DNA of 64,000 nucleotides from an uncultured cyanobacterium (GCA_963718615.1 OY970368.1:192001-256000), one strand, 5' to 3'; numbered from the stretch's first letter, positions 1 through 10,990 are shown. Numbers and translations: made by a program. The notes: generated by a model not told the origin, from the sequence alone.

Positions 1-1
1 A

Positions 2-2080
2 CGCCGCCTCAGTATGAGCCGCCTCCGGGAAGCCGTAGGTACGGGCCAGACGGGAACCACACTGCTAGGGTTACGGCGCGGCGCAGAAACCATTGGCTTT
101 AAAACCCATGCGGTCCAGGCCTCGGATCAACTCCTGGCCCAACTCGACCACGCCCCACTTCCTGCGGTTTTGCATTGGCGGGGCTGCCATTGGGTCGTGC
201 TCTATGGCAAACAGGGAAAACGCTATGTCATCCATGATCCGTCCGTCGGGCTGCGGCGGGTCACCTTGGAGCAGCTAATGAAGGGGTGGCAGGACCGAAT
301 CATGCTGCTGCTGGAGGTGGAAGAGGCGCGGTTTTATGCCCAGGCCAACGATCGCCCCCAAGGCAACCTAGCGAAACTGTTGCAGCGATCGCTCACCCAC
401 CGCAGCCTTCTCCTCAAGGTCAGCCTACTCAACGCCTTTATCGGCATTCTCTCCCTCGGCCTACCGCTCCTCGTCCAGATTCTGACCGATGATGTGCTGG
501 TACGAAAGGATCAGCACATGCTGACGACGGTGATGGCGGGCGTGGTAGTCCTGACGCTGGTGAGTCAGCTTTTAGATTTGATCCAGTCGATGCTGATCGC
601 TCACTTTGCCCGTCGATTGGAGCTGGGTCTTTCCCTGGACTTTGTGCGGCAGTTGCTGCAATTGCCCCTGAGCTATTTCGATCGCCACCGCAGCGGGGAA
701 GTCAGTAGTCGTCTTTTTGATGTACAACAGGTCAACCGGCTCGTGGCTAATGCCATTGTGAGTTTGCCCAGCCAGTTTTTTATTGCCCTGGTGTCGCTGA
801 CGCTGATGGTGTTTTATAGCGCTAAGTTGACGGCGATCGCCCTAGTTCTCCTCGCCCTAACCATCCTGCCGGTAAAACTGTTCTGGCCCAAAGTCGCGGC
901 GGCCAATCGCCAAGCCCTGCTGATGGATGCGGAAAACCAGGGCATGTTGGTGGAAACCTTTCGAGGGGCGCTGACGTTCAAATCCCTGGGAGCGGAGACC
1001 CAGCTTTGGGATGAATTGCAAAGCCGGTTTAGTGGCCAAGCCAACTTGGCCTACAACCGCAGCCGCTGGGCAATCTGGAATCGGACCTTGGGGCGATCGC
1101 TCTCCACCCTGGGCAATCTAGTCCTTCTCTGGCTGGGCAGCTCCGAAGTTTTGGCGGGCCAGATGACCGTGGGACAACTGCTGGCGTTCAATTCCATGGC
1201 CTACGCTACAGGCGGCTTTGTCAGCCAAATGCTCGGCTTCATGGATGACCTAGCCTACACCCAAGCCGCAGCCCAGCGCTTAGCGGAAGTCACCGAAGCC
1301 CGTCCAGAAATGGAAACGGATGACCAGCGCAATTGGGTGCGGTTGTCAGGGGACGGGGACATTGTCTGCGCAGACCTGAATTTCTTTCATGTGGGGCGAC
1401 GAGAATTACTCCGGGATCTCTCCCTGCGGATTCCGGGGGGAAAGGTAACCGCCTTGGTCGGCCCCTCCGGCTGCGGCAAAAGCAGCCTGGTCAAACTGCT
1501 CGCCGGACTCTACCCACCCACCTCGGGCCAAATTCGCTTTGGTCCCTATGGCCAAAAGGATCTGACGTTGCCCTGTTTGCGACAGCAGGTGGTGTTGGTG
1601 CCCCAAGATGCCCATCTTTGGCAGCGAACCATTGTGGAAAATTTCCGCATGGGTGCCCCCCATGTCAGTTTTGAGGAAATGGTTTGGGCCTGTCAGATCA
1701 CCGGAGCGGATGAGTTTATTCAGCGATTGCCCGATACCTATCAAACGGTGGTGGGAGAATTTGGGACTAATTTATCTGGGGGACAGAGACAGCGATTGGC
1801 GATCGCCCGCGCCCTCCTCTGCGATCCCCCCATCCTCATCCTCGACGAATCCACCAGTGCCCTTGATCCCACTTCAGAGGCAGAGATTCTCACCCGAGTC
1901 TTTCAGCTTCGTCAGGGTAAAACCACAATTCTAATCAGCCACCGGCCTTCGGTCATCCAGCGGGCGGACTGGATCATCCTGCTCGATCCCAGTCTGGCGA
2001 CCAACGGCCCCATCGAAGGCAGGCCCGAGGAGTTAAAAAACCGCCCAGGCCCCCACAGTAGCTTTTTGGCTGCTTACTAA
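2..2080 (+). CDS. C39 peptidase-containing ABC exporter (SunT/HlyB type), 5' truncated by the window edge
   Basis: Frame is open from position 2. C39-like GTTLLGLRRGAE and HWVVLYG motifs, TM domain, Walker [16 protein letters not shown] signature, Walker B ILILDE. The catalytic Cys region would lie upstream of the window. Confidence 0.9.
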   Translation, partial: RRLSMSRLREAVGTGQTGTTLLGLRRGAETIGFKTHAVQASDQLLAQLDHAPLPAVLHWRGCHWVVLYGKQGKRYVIHDPSVGLRRVTLEQLMKGWQDRIMLLLEVEEARFYAQANDRPQGNLAKLLQRSLTHRSLLLKVSLLNAFIGILSLGLPLLVQILTDDVLVRKDQHMLTTVMAGVVVLTLVSQLLDLIQSMLIAHFARRLELGLSLDFVRQLLQLPLSYFDRHRSGEVSSRLFDVQQVNRLVANAIVSLPSQFFIALVSLTLMVFYSAKLTAIALVLLALTILPVKLFWPKVAAANRQALLMDAENQGMLVETFRGALTFKSLGAETQLWDELQSRFSGQANLAYNRSRWAIWNRTLGRSLSTLGNLVLLWLGSSEVLAGQMTVGQLLAFNSMAYATGGFVSQMLGFMDDLAYTQAAAQRLAEVTEARPEMETDDQRNWVRLSGDGDIVCADLNFFHVGRRELLRDLSLRIPGGKVTALVGPSGCGKSSLVKLLAGLYPPTSGQIRFGPYGQKDLTLPCLRQQVVLVPQDAHLWQRTIVENFRMGAPHVSFEEMVWACQITGADEFIQRLPDTYQTVVGEFGTNLSGGQRQRLAIARALLCDPPILILDESTSALDPTSEAEILTRVFQLRQGKTTILISHRPSVIQRADWIILLDPSLATNGPIEGRPEELKNRPGPHSSFLAAY

Positions 2081-2082
2081 AC

Positions 2083-2099
2083 CCCGCCCCATGGGCGGG
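2083..2099. terminator. GC-rich hairpin between convergent genes
   Basis: CCCGCCC-CAT-GGGCGGG between the exporter stop and the pdhA stop. Confidence 0.4.
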
Positions 2100-2108
2100 T
2101 GCGAACCT

Positions 2109-3143
2109 TTACACATCCTCAGCAAAGACGTATTTGCGCAGTTCGCTGGGGTCGGGCTCAGGGCTTTCTAGGCCAAACTTCACCGCCTCTTCGACCAAAC
2201 CTTGGATTTTCTTGTCGATCGCCTTCAGCTCCTCCTGGGTGGCAAGATTGTGCTCCGACAAATAGGCCGCAAACCGCTTAATCGGGTCCTTCGCCAACCA
2301 AAACTCTTTTTCTTCCTTCGATCGCAACTCATCGGGATCCGCCAGGGAATGGCCCCGGAACCGATAGGTCAGCGCCTCGATCAGCGTCGGTCCTTCCCCA
2401 GCCCTGGCCCGCGCCACCGCTTCCTTGACCACCGCGCGCACAGCCAACACATCCATGCCATCGACCTCATACCCCGGCATCCCAAAAGCTTCCGCCTTCT
2501 TGTAAATCTGGGGCGAAGAGGTTGCCCGCTCGTGGGCCATGCCGATGGCCCACTTATTATTCTCCACCACGTAGAGAATCGGCAGCTTCCACAACGCCGC
2601 CATATTCAGGCATTCAAAGAACTGACCATTATTCGTCGTGCCATCGCCAAAAAAGGCAGCGGTCACCTGATCCGCCGAAGCATCGCCCATGACTTCCCGA
2701 CGATACTTGCTCTGGAACGCGGCCCCCGTGGCCACCGGAATCCCCTCGCCAATAAACGCAAACCCCCCCAACAGTCGGTGCTCCGCTGAAAACAGGTGCA
2801 TCGAACCGCCCCGGCCCTTACTGCATCCCGTCGCCTTGCCAAACAGCTCTGCCATCACCTCCCGCGCCGGAACCCCACAACTGAGGGCATGGACGTGATC
2901 CCGATAGGTACTACAGACATAATCTTCGCCGGGGCGCATCGTCTGAATCACCCCGGTGGAAACCGCCTCTTGGCCGTTGTAGAGGTGGACAAAGCCAAAC
3001 ATCTTGCCCCGGTAATACATCTCCGCGCATTTGTCCTCAAAGGTGCGGCCCAGGACCATGTCTTCATAGAGACGCAGTCCCTCTTCCTTCGAGACCTCAG
3101 CGGCGGACGCTTTAAAGGTGGGCAGTGGTCGTTCCTGAATCAT
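2109..3143 (-). CDS. pdhA: Pyruvate dehydrogenase E1 component alpha subunit
   Basis: [21 protein letters not shown]-binding GDG...[10 protein letters not shown]. Confidence 0.97.
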   Translation of the reverse strand: MIQERPLPTFKASAAEVSKEEGLRLYEDMVLGRTFEDKCAEMYYRGKMFGFVHLYNGQEAVSTGVIQTMRPGEDYVCSTYRDHVHALSCGVPAREVMAELFGKATGCSKGRGGSMHLFSAEHRLLGGFAFIGEGIPVATGAAFQSKYRREVMGDASADQVTAAFFGDGTTNNGQFFECLNMAALWKLPILYVVENNKWAIGMAHERATSSPQIYKKAEAFGMPGYEVDGMDVLAVRAVVKEAVARARAGEGPTLIEALTYRFRGHSLADPDELRSKEEKEFWLAKDPIKRFAAYLSEHNLATQEELKAIDKKIQGLVEEAVKFGLESPEPDPSELRKYVFAEDV

Positions 3144-3418
3144 GAAATTGTTGTCCTAATCCTCTACCAAACACTTACCAAACACCGACAGGATGTCGTG
3201 AGGGCCTAGGCCCTGACCGGTAATGGCCCTGAAACCTTAGATCGCGTAGTGTGAGGATTTAAGACTTCCACACTACAGCTTTCCCTTGATACTTTATACT
3301 CTTGGGTTATTATTTGGGTGATTTCGTCAATAGCTTGGAGGCAGAGAACCCTTACACCAAGCGTAGGGTCTGCAGCCATCATTGAAATGTCTTGATTGTT
3401 GCCTGGGGATGGTGAATT

Positions 3419-5638
3419 GTGCGCATTCCGCTCGACTATTATCGAATTTTAGGACTGCCGACACAAGCGACGCCGGATCAGGTGCAGCAGGCCCATGACG
3501 ATCGCGTTCTTCAGCAACCTCGGCGGGAATATTCGGAACCGGCGATCGCCGCCCGCCGAGAACTGCTCGATGAAGCCTACGAGGTTTTGTCGGATGCGGA
3601 GACCCGCAGCAAGTACGATACTCGCTTTTTGCAGCAAAGTGCCACGCTCCCTCGGGCGACTCAGCTCCGTCCTGGAGAAGGGCGGGATGCCCAAGACCCC
3701 CCCGCCCCCCAAACGCCCCACATCACCATCGAAGACGGCCAGCTCATTGGAGCGCTCCTGCTGCTGCAAGAGTTGGGGGAATACGAACAGGTTTTGAAGC
3801 TGGGCGCAGAGTATCTTGCTAAATCGAAATCCCGTGCGGTGGGTTCTACGGACCTAGATTTAATTTCAGCGGATATTGCCCTAACAGTGGCCCTCGCCGA
3901 CCTCGAACTGGGGCGGGAACAGTGGCAACAATCCCATTACGAAAGTGCCGCAGCCTCCCTGGAAGCCGGTCAAGATTTGCTCCTGCGGGAAGGGCTGTTT
4001 GCAGGGGTTCGCGGTGAAATTCGCAGCGATTTGTATCGCCTGCGCCCCTATCGGGTCCTAGAGCTTTTGGCCCATCCCCTCGAAAATTCGGCCCAGCGTC
4101 AAAAAGGACTCCAGATTCTGCGGGATATGCTCCAGGAGCGCCACGGCATTGATGGCCAAGGCGATGACCAATCGGGGCTAAGTGTCGATGACTTTTTGCG
4201 GTTTGTCCAGCAGTTGCGGGACTACCTCACCGTGGCAGAACAGCATGAGCTGTTTGAGACGGAGGCCCGTCGCCCTTCAGCGGTCGCTTCCTATTTGGCG
4301 GTGTATGCGTTGATGGCGCGGGGCTTTGCAGAGCACCAGCCTGCCCTGGTCCGTCGTGCCAAGATTTTGCTCAGCAGCCTCAGCCAGCGCCAGGATGTTC
4401 ACCTAGAGCAATCGGTTTGTGCGCTGATGCTGGGCCAAACGGAGGAAGCCAGCCGCACCCTCGAACTCAGCCAGGAATTTGAGCCACTGGCCTACATCCG
4501 TGAGCATTCCCAAGGGTCGCCGGACCTGTTGCCGGGGCTTTGTCTCTACGCAGAGCGGTGGCTAAAGGAAGAGGTTTTTCCGAATTTCCGGGATTTGAAA
4601 GACCGGGGGGCGACGCTAAAGGACTATTTTGCCGATCCCCAGGTGCAGACCTATCTGGAAAGCTTGCCGGCTGAGTTGCCCTCCGATGAATGGGTCCCTA
4701 TGTCGGACAAAAACGTGGCGATCGCCCCACGAGCCCATGGATTTGTCAATGAAGAGAGACCAACGGCAGCAACCCTAGGATCCCCCAACGGCTATCGCGC
4801 CGCCACGGCGACGCTAGATCCCCCAGCACCGCGCGATCGCCACCCTCGACGTCAGGCCACAACCCTGGCTGCTGGAGCGGCTGCCGGGGCGGGTATCGCC
4901 ACCTTTGGCAGTAGCACACCGGATCCAGGGGCCGAAGCCACGAACTCCGGCGGGCGGAGGCGGCGACCCCGGCGACGGCGGGGAGAGGGAGCTGTTGTGC
5001 CGGTTGGGCGATCGAGATCTGGGGGAGGACGACCTGGGCGATCGCTCAAACTCGGGCGACTCTTGCTCCTCATCGGCGGCGGGCTCTTGGCCCTCTGGCT
5101 TTGCTTTGCCCTCCTCAGCCAAGCTCTGGCCTGGGTGAGTACTTGGGGCAAGGACCAGTTAGAGGACAATCAACCTGCCATTTCCCTCAATGAACCCGTA
5201 CTGAGCCTCCCCCCAAGTGTCAAGAGCGTCAATTCACCAGACAAAATCAGCGCCGCAGGTGTCTTAACGGACCCCGTAGCCCAGCAGGTCTTAAACCTTT
5301 GGCTAGCCACCAAGGTCGAGGCCTTCGGCAAAGATCATGCCGTTGATAAGTTGGAGAATGTCCTGACCGGAGATGCCCTGACCTGGTGGAAAGGCGAAGG
5401 GGATTTGTCGGAGCAGGACGGCATCACCATCCAGTACGAGCACAAACTCCAGATCGATGGGGTTGAACCGGGTGCAACCGAGCAACAGGCAGAGGTGCTC
5501 GCCACGGTCACAGAAATCGCTAAGTACTACCAAGGGGACGAGGTGATTAACGTACGGGACGATCGCGATCTTAAGATGCGCTACAGCTTGGTGAATGAAG
5601 AGGGCAGTTGGAAAATCGAAAGCATGGCCACCCAGTAG
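3419..5638 (+). CDS. ftn2: Cell division protein Ftn2/ZipN (ARC6 homologue; J-like domain, TM, C-terminal IMS domain)
   Basis: MRIPLDYYRILG start, DLLPGLCLYAERWL, single TM, C-terminal W..K..AFG and WKI motifs; divergent from pdhA. Confidence 0.92.
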   Translation: MRIPLDYYRILGLPTQATPDQVQQAHDDRVLQQPRREYSEPAIAARRELLDEAYEVLSDAETRSKYDTRFLQQSATLPRATQLRPGEGRDAQDPPAPQTPHITIEDGQLIGALLLLQELGEYEQVLKLGAEYLAKSKSRAVGSTDLDLISADIALTVALADLELGREQWQQSHYESAAASLEAGQDLLLREGLFAGVRGEIRSDLYRLRPYRVLELLAHPLENSAQRQKGLQILRDMLQERHGIDGQGDDQSGLSVDDFLRFVQQLRDYLTVAEQHELFETEARRPSAVASYLAVYALMARGFAEHQPALVRRAKILLSSLSQRQDVHLEQSVCALMLGQTEEASRTLELSQEFEPLAYIREHSQGSPDLLPGLCLYAERWLKEEVFPNFRDLKDRGATLKDYFADPQVQTYLESLPAELPSDEWVPMSDKNVAIAPRAHGFVNEERPTAATLGSPNGYRAATATLDPPAPRDRHPRRQATTLAAGAAAGAGIATFGSSTPDPGAEATNSGGRRRRPRRRRGEGAVVPVGRSRSGGGRPGRSLKLGRLLLLIGGGLLALWLCFALLSQALAWVSTWGKDQLEDNQPAISLNEPVLSLPPSVKSVNSPDKISAAGVLTDPVAQQVLNLWLATKVEAFGKDHAVDKLENVLTGDALTWWKGEGDLSEQDGITIQYEHKLQIDGVEPGATEQQAEVLATVTEIAKYYQGDEVINVRDDRDLKMRYSLVNEEGSWKIESMATQ

Positions 5639-5772
5639 GGCTGAGGCAATCCCCCGGCCCCTGAGAACTCCTTCAAGAGTTGTAACAAAACCAGGGAACT
5701 GGGATTGACGTGATCCCGCACAATGGTAGGAAGCGCCAAGCAGCGGCTCTATTGTGTTAAGGAGAATTCGCC

Positions 5773-6990
5773 ATGCTTCCGTACCTGTTTGCCTTCGTTA
5801 TGGCCCTGGCCGGTCTGTCGCTTTTGATCGCATCGTTTCTTTTGCCAGGACTTTATCGGAAAAACGATTTGCTTTGGAGTGGCGTGGCTTTGTTCTATGC
5901 CTTGGTCCTGTGGTTTTGCGCCAAACGAATTACAGGCGCGGTGTTGTTGGGTCAAGGAGCCAGCGTTGCTCTGATCGGTTGGCTCGGATGGCAGGTCTTC
6001 CAGATTCGTTGGGGATTGCTGACGCCGGAACAGCAAGCGGGGATTTCCGATGGTCGGGCCATGAAGCAACGGGTCAGTCAGCTCAAGACGAGCAACTGGC
6101 AAGAGGTGCTGCAATCATCGGGTGCGGAGAAAGTCAAAGCTGTCGAGACCAATACAGCAGCAGAGCCTGGAACTACAGCAGGGCCTGGAACTACAGCAGA
6201 GCCTGGAACCACACCGATCGCCTCCGTAACGCGGTTTGTGACCCAAATCAAGGGCGTTTTCCAAGGGCGCAAGACCCATGGCAAAAAATATGTACGACCT
6301 GAGACACCGGTCGTCGTCCCAGAAACTACCTATGAAGAAGACTGGGATGCCCTAGAGGAACAAGCGGCAGAACAGGCAGCGGCACAGGCAGCGGTGGCTG
6401 TAGCAGAGCCAGTCATCCCTGAACCGGTCATCCCTGAACCGGTCATCCCTGAACCAGTTCCCCCTGAGCCGATCACCGCCGACACCCAAGAAGACCTAAC
6501 ACCTCAAAGTGAAGAATCGGGCGAGGAGGCTCAGGCGATTGAGGATGCAGATGCAGGAGATGAAGCTGCAAAAGCTGAACCAGTTACAGCCGACGCAGTT
6601 GCAGAAGCTGTAGAAACGCTAGAAGCTGAGGCCGAAGCTGAGATTGAAGCTGAAGCAGTTGAGACCGAAGCAGTTGAGACCGAAGCAGAAATCGAAGACG
6701 AAGCAATTGCAGCCGCAGAAGCCGAACTAGCAGAAGCCGAACTAGCAGAAGCTGAGGAAATTGCCACTGAAGCGTCAGTCGAAACCGCAACAGACCCTGA
6801 GGCAGAAGCGATCGCGGAACCTGAGATCGCGATCGCAGACCCCGACCCCAGCGAAACTCCCCCCGCAGAAGACGCCGATCCCTTCCCCGATTACGGTGCC
6901 TCTCAGGAATTTCCCGAAGAAGAAGATTCTCCCGGAGACGAATCCCCAGACGCCGTCGACTCCAGCGATGGGGATGCCGCCGAATCCTAG
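5773..6990 (+). CDS. ycf66: Ycf66 family membrane protein with long acidic low-complexity tail
   Basis: N-terminal TM region with RKNDLLWSGVALFYALVLW and GAVLLGQ; E/A/P-rich tail. Confidence 0.75.
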   Translation: MLPYLFAFVMALAGLSLLIASFLLPGLYRKNDLLWSGVALFYALVLWFCAKRITGAVLLGQGASVALIGWLGWQVFQIRWGLLTPEQQAGISDGRAMKQRVSQLKTSNWQEVLQSSGAEKVKAVETNTAAEPGTTAGPGTTAEPGTTPIASVTRFVTQIKGVFQGRKTHGKKYVRPETPVVVPETTYEEDWDALEEQAAEQAAAQAAVAVAEPVIPEPVIPEPVIPEPVPPEPITADTQEDLTPQSEESGEEAQAIEDADAGDEAAKAEPVTADAVAEAVETLEAEAEAEIEAEAVETEAVETEAEIEDEAIAAAEAELAEAELAEAEEIATEASVETATDPEAEAIAEPEIAIADPDPSETPPAEDADPFPDYGASQEFPEEEDSPGDESPDAVDSSDGDAAES

Positions 6991-7000
6991 GGCAATCTCC

Positions 7001-7552
7001 TTACTTTTCTTCAGCCTTCAGTGCCGCCAAGCCATCGCTCACAGGCTGAACCTTTCCATCCGCCACATTCGCAGCAGCGGCAGGCCATTGCATCGGGGTC
7101 ACCGCTGCTGCGGTGGTTTTGGCCCCACTACAGGCCCCCTGAATTAAATCTGGAAAAATCGGTTTGTGGGAATACACGACAATACCGCTGCCTCTACCCA
7201 CCCGAACCGCCGGTTGAACCAACTGAGTTTGTCCCGCTTTTCCTTGAATTTGCAGCGGAGTTTGGAGACCATCCCATTCCACCACAAGCTGATTCAGTCC
7301 ATCCCAGTTTCCCAGGGCGAGACAGAGAGGGTGAGCGTAGTCAGACGGCAAGGCCAGGATATAGCTATAGGCAGGCAGCGGTGCTAAGCAATCATGGGTA
7401 TTTTTCTGCTTAGGCGTACATTTCTCGGCCAAATCATCGAGGGATTGAGCCTGCATGCCTCCGGCATTCAAAACCAGATTAAACAGAGCCAGATTAAATA
7501 GGCTTATAGCTAGACCTGGAATAACTATTCCGAAATTAAAAAAATGCCGCAT
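7001..7552 (-). CDS. Hypothetical exported protein
   Basis: 183-aa ORF with a signal-peptide-like N-terminus ending AQS; convergent with ycf66. Confidence 0.5.
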   Translation of the reverse strand: MRHFFNFGIVIPGLAISLFNLALFNLVLNAGGMQAQSLDDLAEKCTPKQKNTHDCLAPLPAYSYILALPSDYAHPLCLALGNWDGLNQLVVEWDGLQTPLQIQGKAGQTQLVQPAVRVGRGSGIVVYSHKPIFPDLIQGACSGAKTTAAAVTPMQWPAAAANVADGKVQPVSDGLAALKAEEK

Positions 7553-8004
7553 AACGGTACAGAAAAATTACAACATCAAGCCGTATGAGGACGGTATTGC
7601 TATCGTTCCCGATTTTCATGATGATGAAAATAAAGCTATTTTATTGCTTGGAAACGAATTTTTATTGCAGGTTTATCAGAGAGTTAGTTGGGGCGATCGC
7701 AATGAAAAATCAACTAAACCAGCCTACAGAAACCTTCTAAAAATTTCCGCAGAAAAGCAAATTCTTCAATTTCGATCGCCCCAATTAATTCAGTCTTTAC
7801 AAACTGCTTGGGAAACCTGCCTAGAGCTTTATCCGTCTGAACCCTTCGCTTTATGCAGCTAGATACGGCAAAGACCTTGAAGCGAGTCCGGCTTCTGAAC
7901 GATAATGGACGAATATTTTGACAAGCGATCGGGCGTGCCGCCTTGTGCTCCCGCGCTGCTATGGTTGATTTTTCTCGTTAGCTTTTTATCCCCTTGTTTA
8001 TCCC

Positions 8005-10947
8005 TTGGATGCCGTGACAGACGCTCAACGCCCCCCCCAGCCCGAGTCCAGCCCGGAAGCAAAATCCTATAAGGACACTATTAACCTGCTCAAAACCGAC
8101 TTCAACATGCGGGCCAATGCGACCCAGCGGGAGCCGGAGATTCAGCAGTTCTGGGCGGAGCACCAGATTTATGAGCGTCTGGCGGAAGATAATCCCGGTG
8201 AGACCTTCACGCTCCACGATGGCCCCCCCTACGCCAACGGCGCGCTCCACATGGGCCACGCCATGAACAAGGTGCTGAAGGACATCATCAACAAATATCA
8301 ACTGCTCCAGGGCAAAAAAGGTCGCTATATCCCCGGCTGGGACTGCCACGGGCTGCCCATTGAGCTGAAAGTGCTCCAGTCCATGAAGTCGAGCGAACGA
8401 CAGGCCCTGACCCCGATTACGCTGCGGCAGAAGGCAAAAGCCTGGGCGCTAGAGCAGGTGGAAGGCCAGAAAGCCAGCTTCAAGCGCTACGGGGTTTGGG
8501 GGGATTGGGACCATCCCTATCTGACGCTCCAGCCGGAATACGAAGCGGCGCAAATCGATGTGTTTGGGGAGATGTTCCTCAAGGGCTATATCTACCGGGG
8601 ACTCAAGCCGGTCCATTGGAGCCCCAGCTCGCGCACGGCCTTGGCGGAGGCAGAGCTGGAATATCCCGAGGGTCACACGTCCCAGAGTATCTATGTGGCG
8701 TTCCGACTGGCGACGATTCCCGATGGCTTGCAGATGGCGATCGGGGAGTATGTTCCCGATATGGGGTTAGCGATTTGGACGACGACGCCCTGGACGATTC
8801 CCGGTAACCTGGCCGTGGCGGTGAATGGCGACTTGACCTACACCGTTGTGGATACGGGGACCGATAATCTCAGCCAGGAAGCTCGGACCCAGGTTCCCAA
8901 GTATCTGATCGTCGCCGATGCGTTGGTCGAAGCCCTGAGTGAAAAGCTGGGCAGGCCCGTGCAGATTGTGGCGCGGGTCATGGGCAAGTCCTTGGAACAT
9001 GCCACGTATAAGCATCCGCTCTACGATCGCGAAAGCCCCGTGGTCATCGGCGGCGACTACATCACGACGGATTCCGGAACAGGATTGGTCCACACGGCTC
9101 CCGGCCATGGCCAGGATGACTATATCGTTGGTCAGCGCTACGGCTTGCCGATTCTGAGCCCGGTGGATGATGCGGGGAACTTGACCGCTGAGGCCGGTCC
9201 CTTTGCGGGATTGAATGTGCTGAAGGATGCCAATGACGCGATTATTCAGGCGCTGGATACAGTCGGGGCGCTGATCAAGCAAGAGGCCTACGGTCACCGC
9301 TATCCCTACGATTGGCGGACGAAGAAACCGACGATTTTCCGAGCGACAGAGCAGTGGTTCGCTTCGGTGGAAGGGTTCCGGGAGGCGGCGCTGCAGGCGA
9401 TCGCCGCAGTCACCTGGATTCCGGCAGCCGGAGAAAATCGGATTACGGCCATGGTGGGCGATCGCTCCGACTGGTGTATCTCCCGCCAGCGCACCTGGGG
9501 CGTTCCCATCCCGGTGTTCTACGACGAAGCCAGCCACGAAGCGCTGTTGAATGCAGAGACCATCGCCTATATCCGCGACCTGATCGCCGAGCATGGCTCC
9601 GATGTCTGGTGGGAACGGGAGGTAAACGAGCTCTTACCGGAAAAATACCGCGACAATGGCCGCACCTACCGCAAGGGCACGGACACCATGGATGTTTGGT
9701 TTGATTCTGGATCTTCGTGGAATGCGGTGGCCAAGCAGCGGGAAGGGATGCAATACCCGGTGGATTTGTATTTGGAAGGATCCGACCAGCATCGGGGTTG
9801 GTTCCAATCGAGTCTGCTGACCAGCGTCGCGGTCAATGGCTGCGCTCCCTACAAAACGGTCCTGACCCACGGCTTTGCCCTGGACGAAAAGGGCTACAAG
9901 ATGAGCAAATCCCTGGGCAATGTGGTTGACCCGGCGGAGATCATTAACGGTGGCAAAAACCAAAAGCAAAACCCACCCTACGGCGCGGATGTCCTACGGC
10001 TCTGGGTGTCGTCCGTGGACTATTCCAACGACGTGCCCATCGGCAACACGATCCTCAAGCAGTTGGCGGATGTCTATCGCAAGATCCGCAACACCGCCCG
10101 CTATTTAATCGGCAATCTGCACGACTTCGATCCCAAAACTGATGCCGTTGCCTACGACGATCTGCCGGAGCTCGATCGCTACATGCTCCACCGCATCACC
10201 GAGGTGTTTGCGGAAGTGGATGATGCCTATAAGACCTATCAGTTCTTCCGCTTCTTCCAGACGGTGCAGAATTTCTGCGTAGTGGACCTGTCCAATTTCT
10301 ATTTGGATATTGCCAAGGACCGGTTGTATATCAGCGCCCCCGATGCAGCACGGCGGCGCAGTTGCCAGACGGTGATGCAGATTGCCCTGGAGAATTTGGC
10401 GAAAGCCATTGCCCCGGTCCTTTCCCACATGGCGGAAGATATCTGGCAAAACCTACCCTACGCAACCGAGCACCCGTCGGTCTTTCAGTCCGGTTGGCTG
10501 AGCATCGACGAGGGCTGGAAAAAGCCGGAGTTGGCCCAATCTTGGCAGGTGATGCGTCAACTGCGGGATGAGGTCAATAAGGTGTTGGAGCAGGCGCGGA
10601 AGGATAAGGCGATCGGTTCTTCTCTAGAAGCTCAGTTGCTTTTACAGGTGAGCGACGAAAAGCTGCGTCAGCAACTCGCGGCCATGAACCCAGTGAGCCT
10701 TGCGGGCAATGGCGTGGATGAACTGCGCTATTTGTTTTTGGTGTCTGGGGTGAAGCTGGTGGATTCGGCGGAAACTTTGGCGGAGTTGGAGTACAAGGCG
10801 GAGGTGGATGGCTTTGTCATTGGGGTGGCGGATGCGGAGGGGAAAAAGTGCGATCGCTGCTGGAACTATTCCACAAAAGTTGGCGATTCAACCGAAGATC
10901 CGACGATTTGTGAGCGGTGTGTGGAGGCGTTGGCGGGGACCTTCTGA
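8005..10947 (+). CDS. ileS: Isoleucine--tRNA ligase (start may be GTG at 8014)
   Basis: HDGPPYANG-HMGH (HIGH), KMSKS, C-terminal CDRC...CERC zinc motif. Confidence 0.98.
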   Translation: MDAVTDAQRPPQPESSPEAKSYKDTINLLKTDFNMRANATQREPEIQQFWAEHQIYERLAEDNPGETFTLHDGPPYANGALHMGHAMNKVLKDIINKYQLLQGKKGRYIPGWDCHGLPIELKVLQSMKSSERQALTPITLRQKAKAWALEQVEGQKASFKRYGVWGDWDHPYLTLQPEYEAAQIDVFGEMFLKGYIYRGLKPVHWSPSSRTALAEAELEYPEGHTSQSIYVAFRLATIPDGLQMAIGEYVPDMGLAIWTTTPWTIPGNLAVAVNGDLTYTVVDTGTDNLSQEARTQVPKYLIVADALVEALSEKLGRPVQIVARVMGKSLEHATYKHPLYDRESPVVIGGDYITTDSGTGLVHTAPGHGQDDYIVGQRYGLPILSPVDDAGNLTAEAGPFAGLNVLKDANDAIIQALDTVGALIKQEAYGHRYPYDWRTKKPTIFRATEQWFASVEGFREAALQAIAAVTWIPAAGENRITAMVGDRSDWCISRQRTWGVPIPVFYDEASHEALLNAETIAYIRDLIAEHGSDVWWEREVNELLPEKYRDNGRTYRKGTDTMDVWFDSGSSWNAVAKQREGMQYPVDLYLEGSDQHRGWFQSSLLTSVAVNGCAPYKTVLTHGFALDEKGYKMSKSLGNVVDPAEIINGGKNQKQNPPYGADVLRLWVSSVDYSNDVPIGNTILKQLADVYRKIRNTARYLIGNLHDFDPKTDAVAYDDLPELDRYMLHRITEVFAEVDDAYKTYQFFRFFQTVQNFCVVDLSNFYLDIAKDRLYISAPDAARRRSCQTVMQIALENLAKAIAPVLSHMAEDIWQNLPYATEHPSVFQSGWLSIDEGWKKPELAQSWQVMRQLRDEVNKVLEQARKDKAIGSSLEAQLLLQVSDEKLRQQLAAMNPVSLAGNGVDELRYLFLVSGVKLVDSAETLAELEYKAEVDGFVIGVADAEGKKCDRCWNYSTKVGDSTEDPTICERCVEALAGTF

Positions 10948-10956
10948 CTCTTCCTA

Positions 10957-10990
10957 TCCCCCGCAGATCCCAATGGCCTGCGGGGGGGGG
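10957..10990. terminator. Hairpin after ileS, probably bidirectional terminator
   Basis: CCCCCGCAG...CTGCGGGGG inverted repeat between convergent genes. Confidence 0.55.

Noticed and set aside
2202-3209. Long plus-strand ORFs antisense to pdhA; similar shadow ORFs lie opposite ileS, guaA, cbiD and the TM-ATPase
   Set aside because: They fully overlap well-supported genes on the other strand and show no motifs, as expected in GC-rich coding DNA.
3201-3214. Perfect palindrome AGGGCCTAGGCCCT between pdhA and ftn2
   Set aside because: Single occurrence with no matching known operator; it cannot be assigned a role.
7455-7862. 135-aa plus-strand ORF in the AT-rich region before ileS
   Set aside because: It overlaps the 7001-7552 gene, has no recognisable motif and lies in a probable promoter region.
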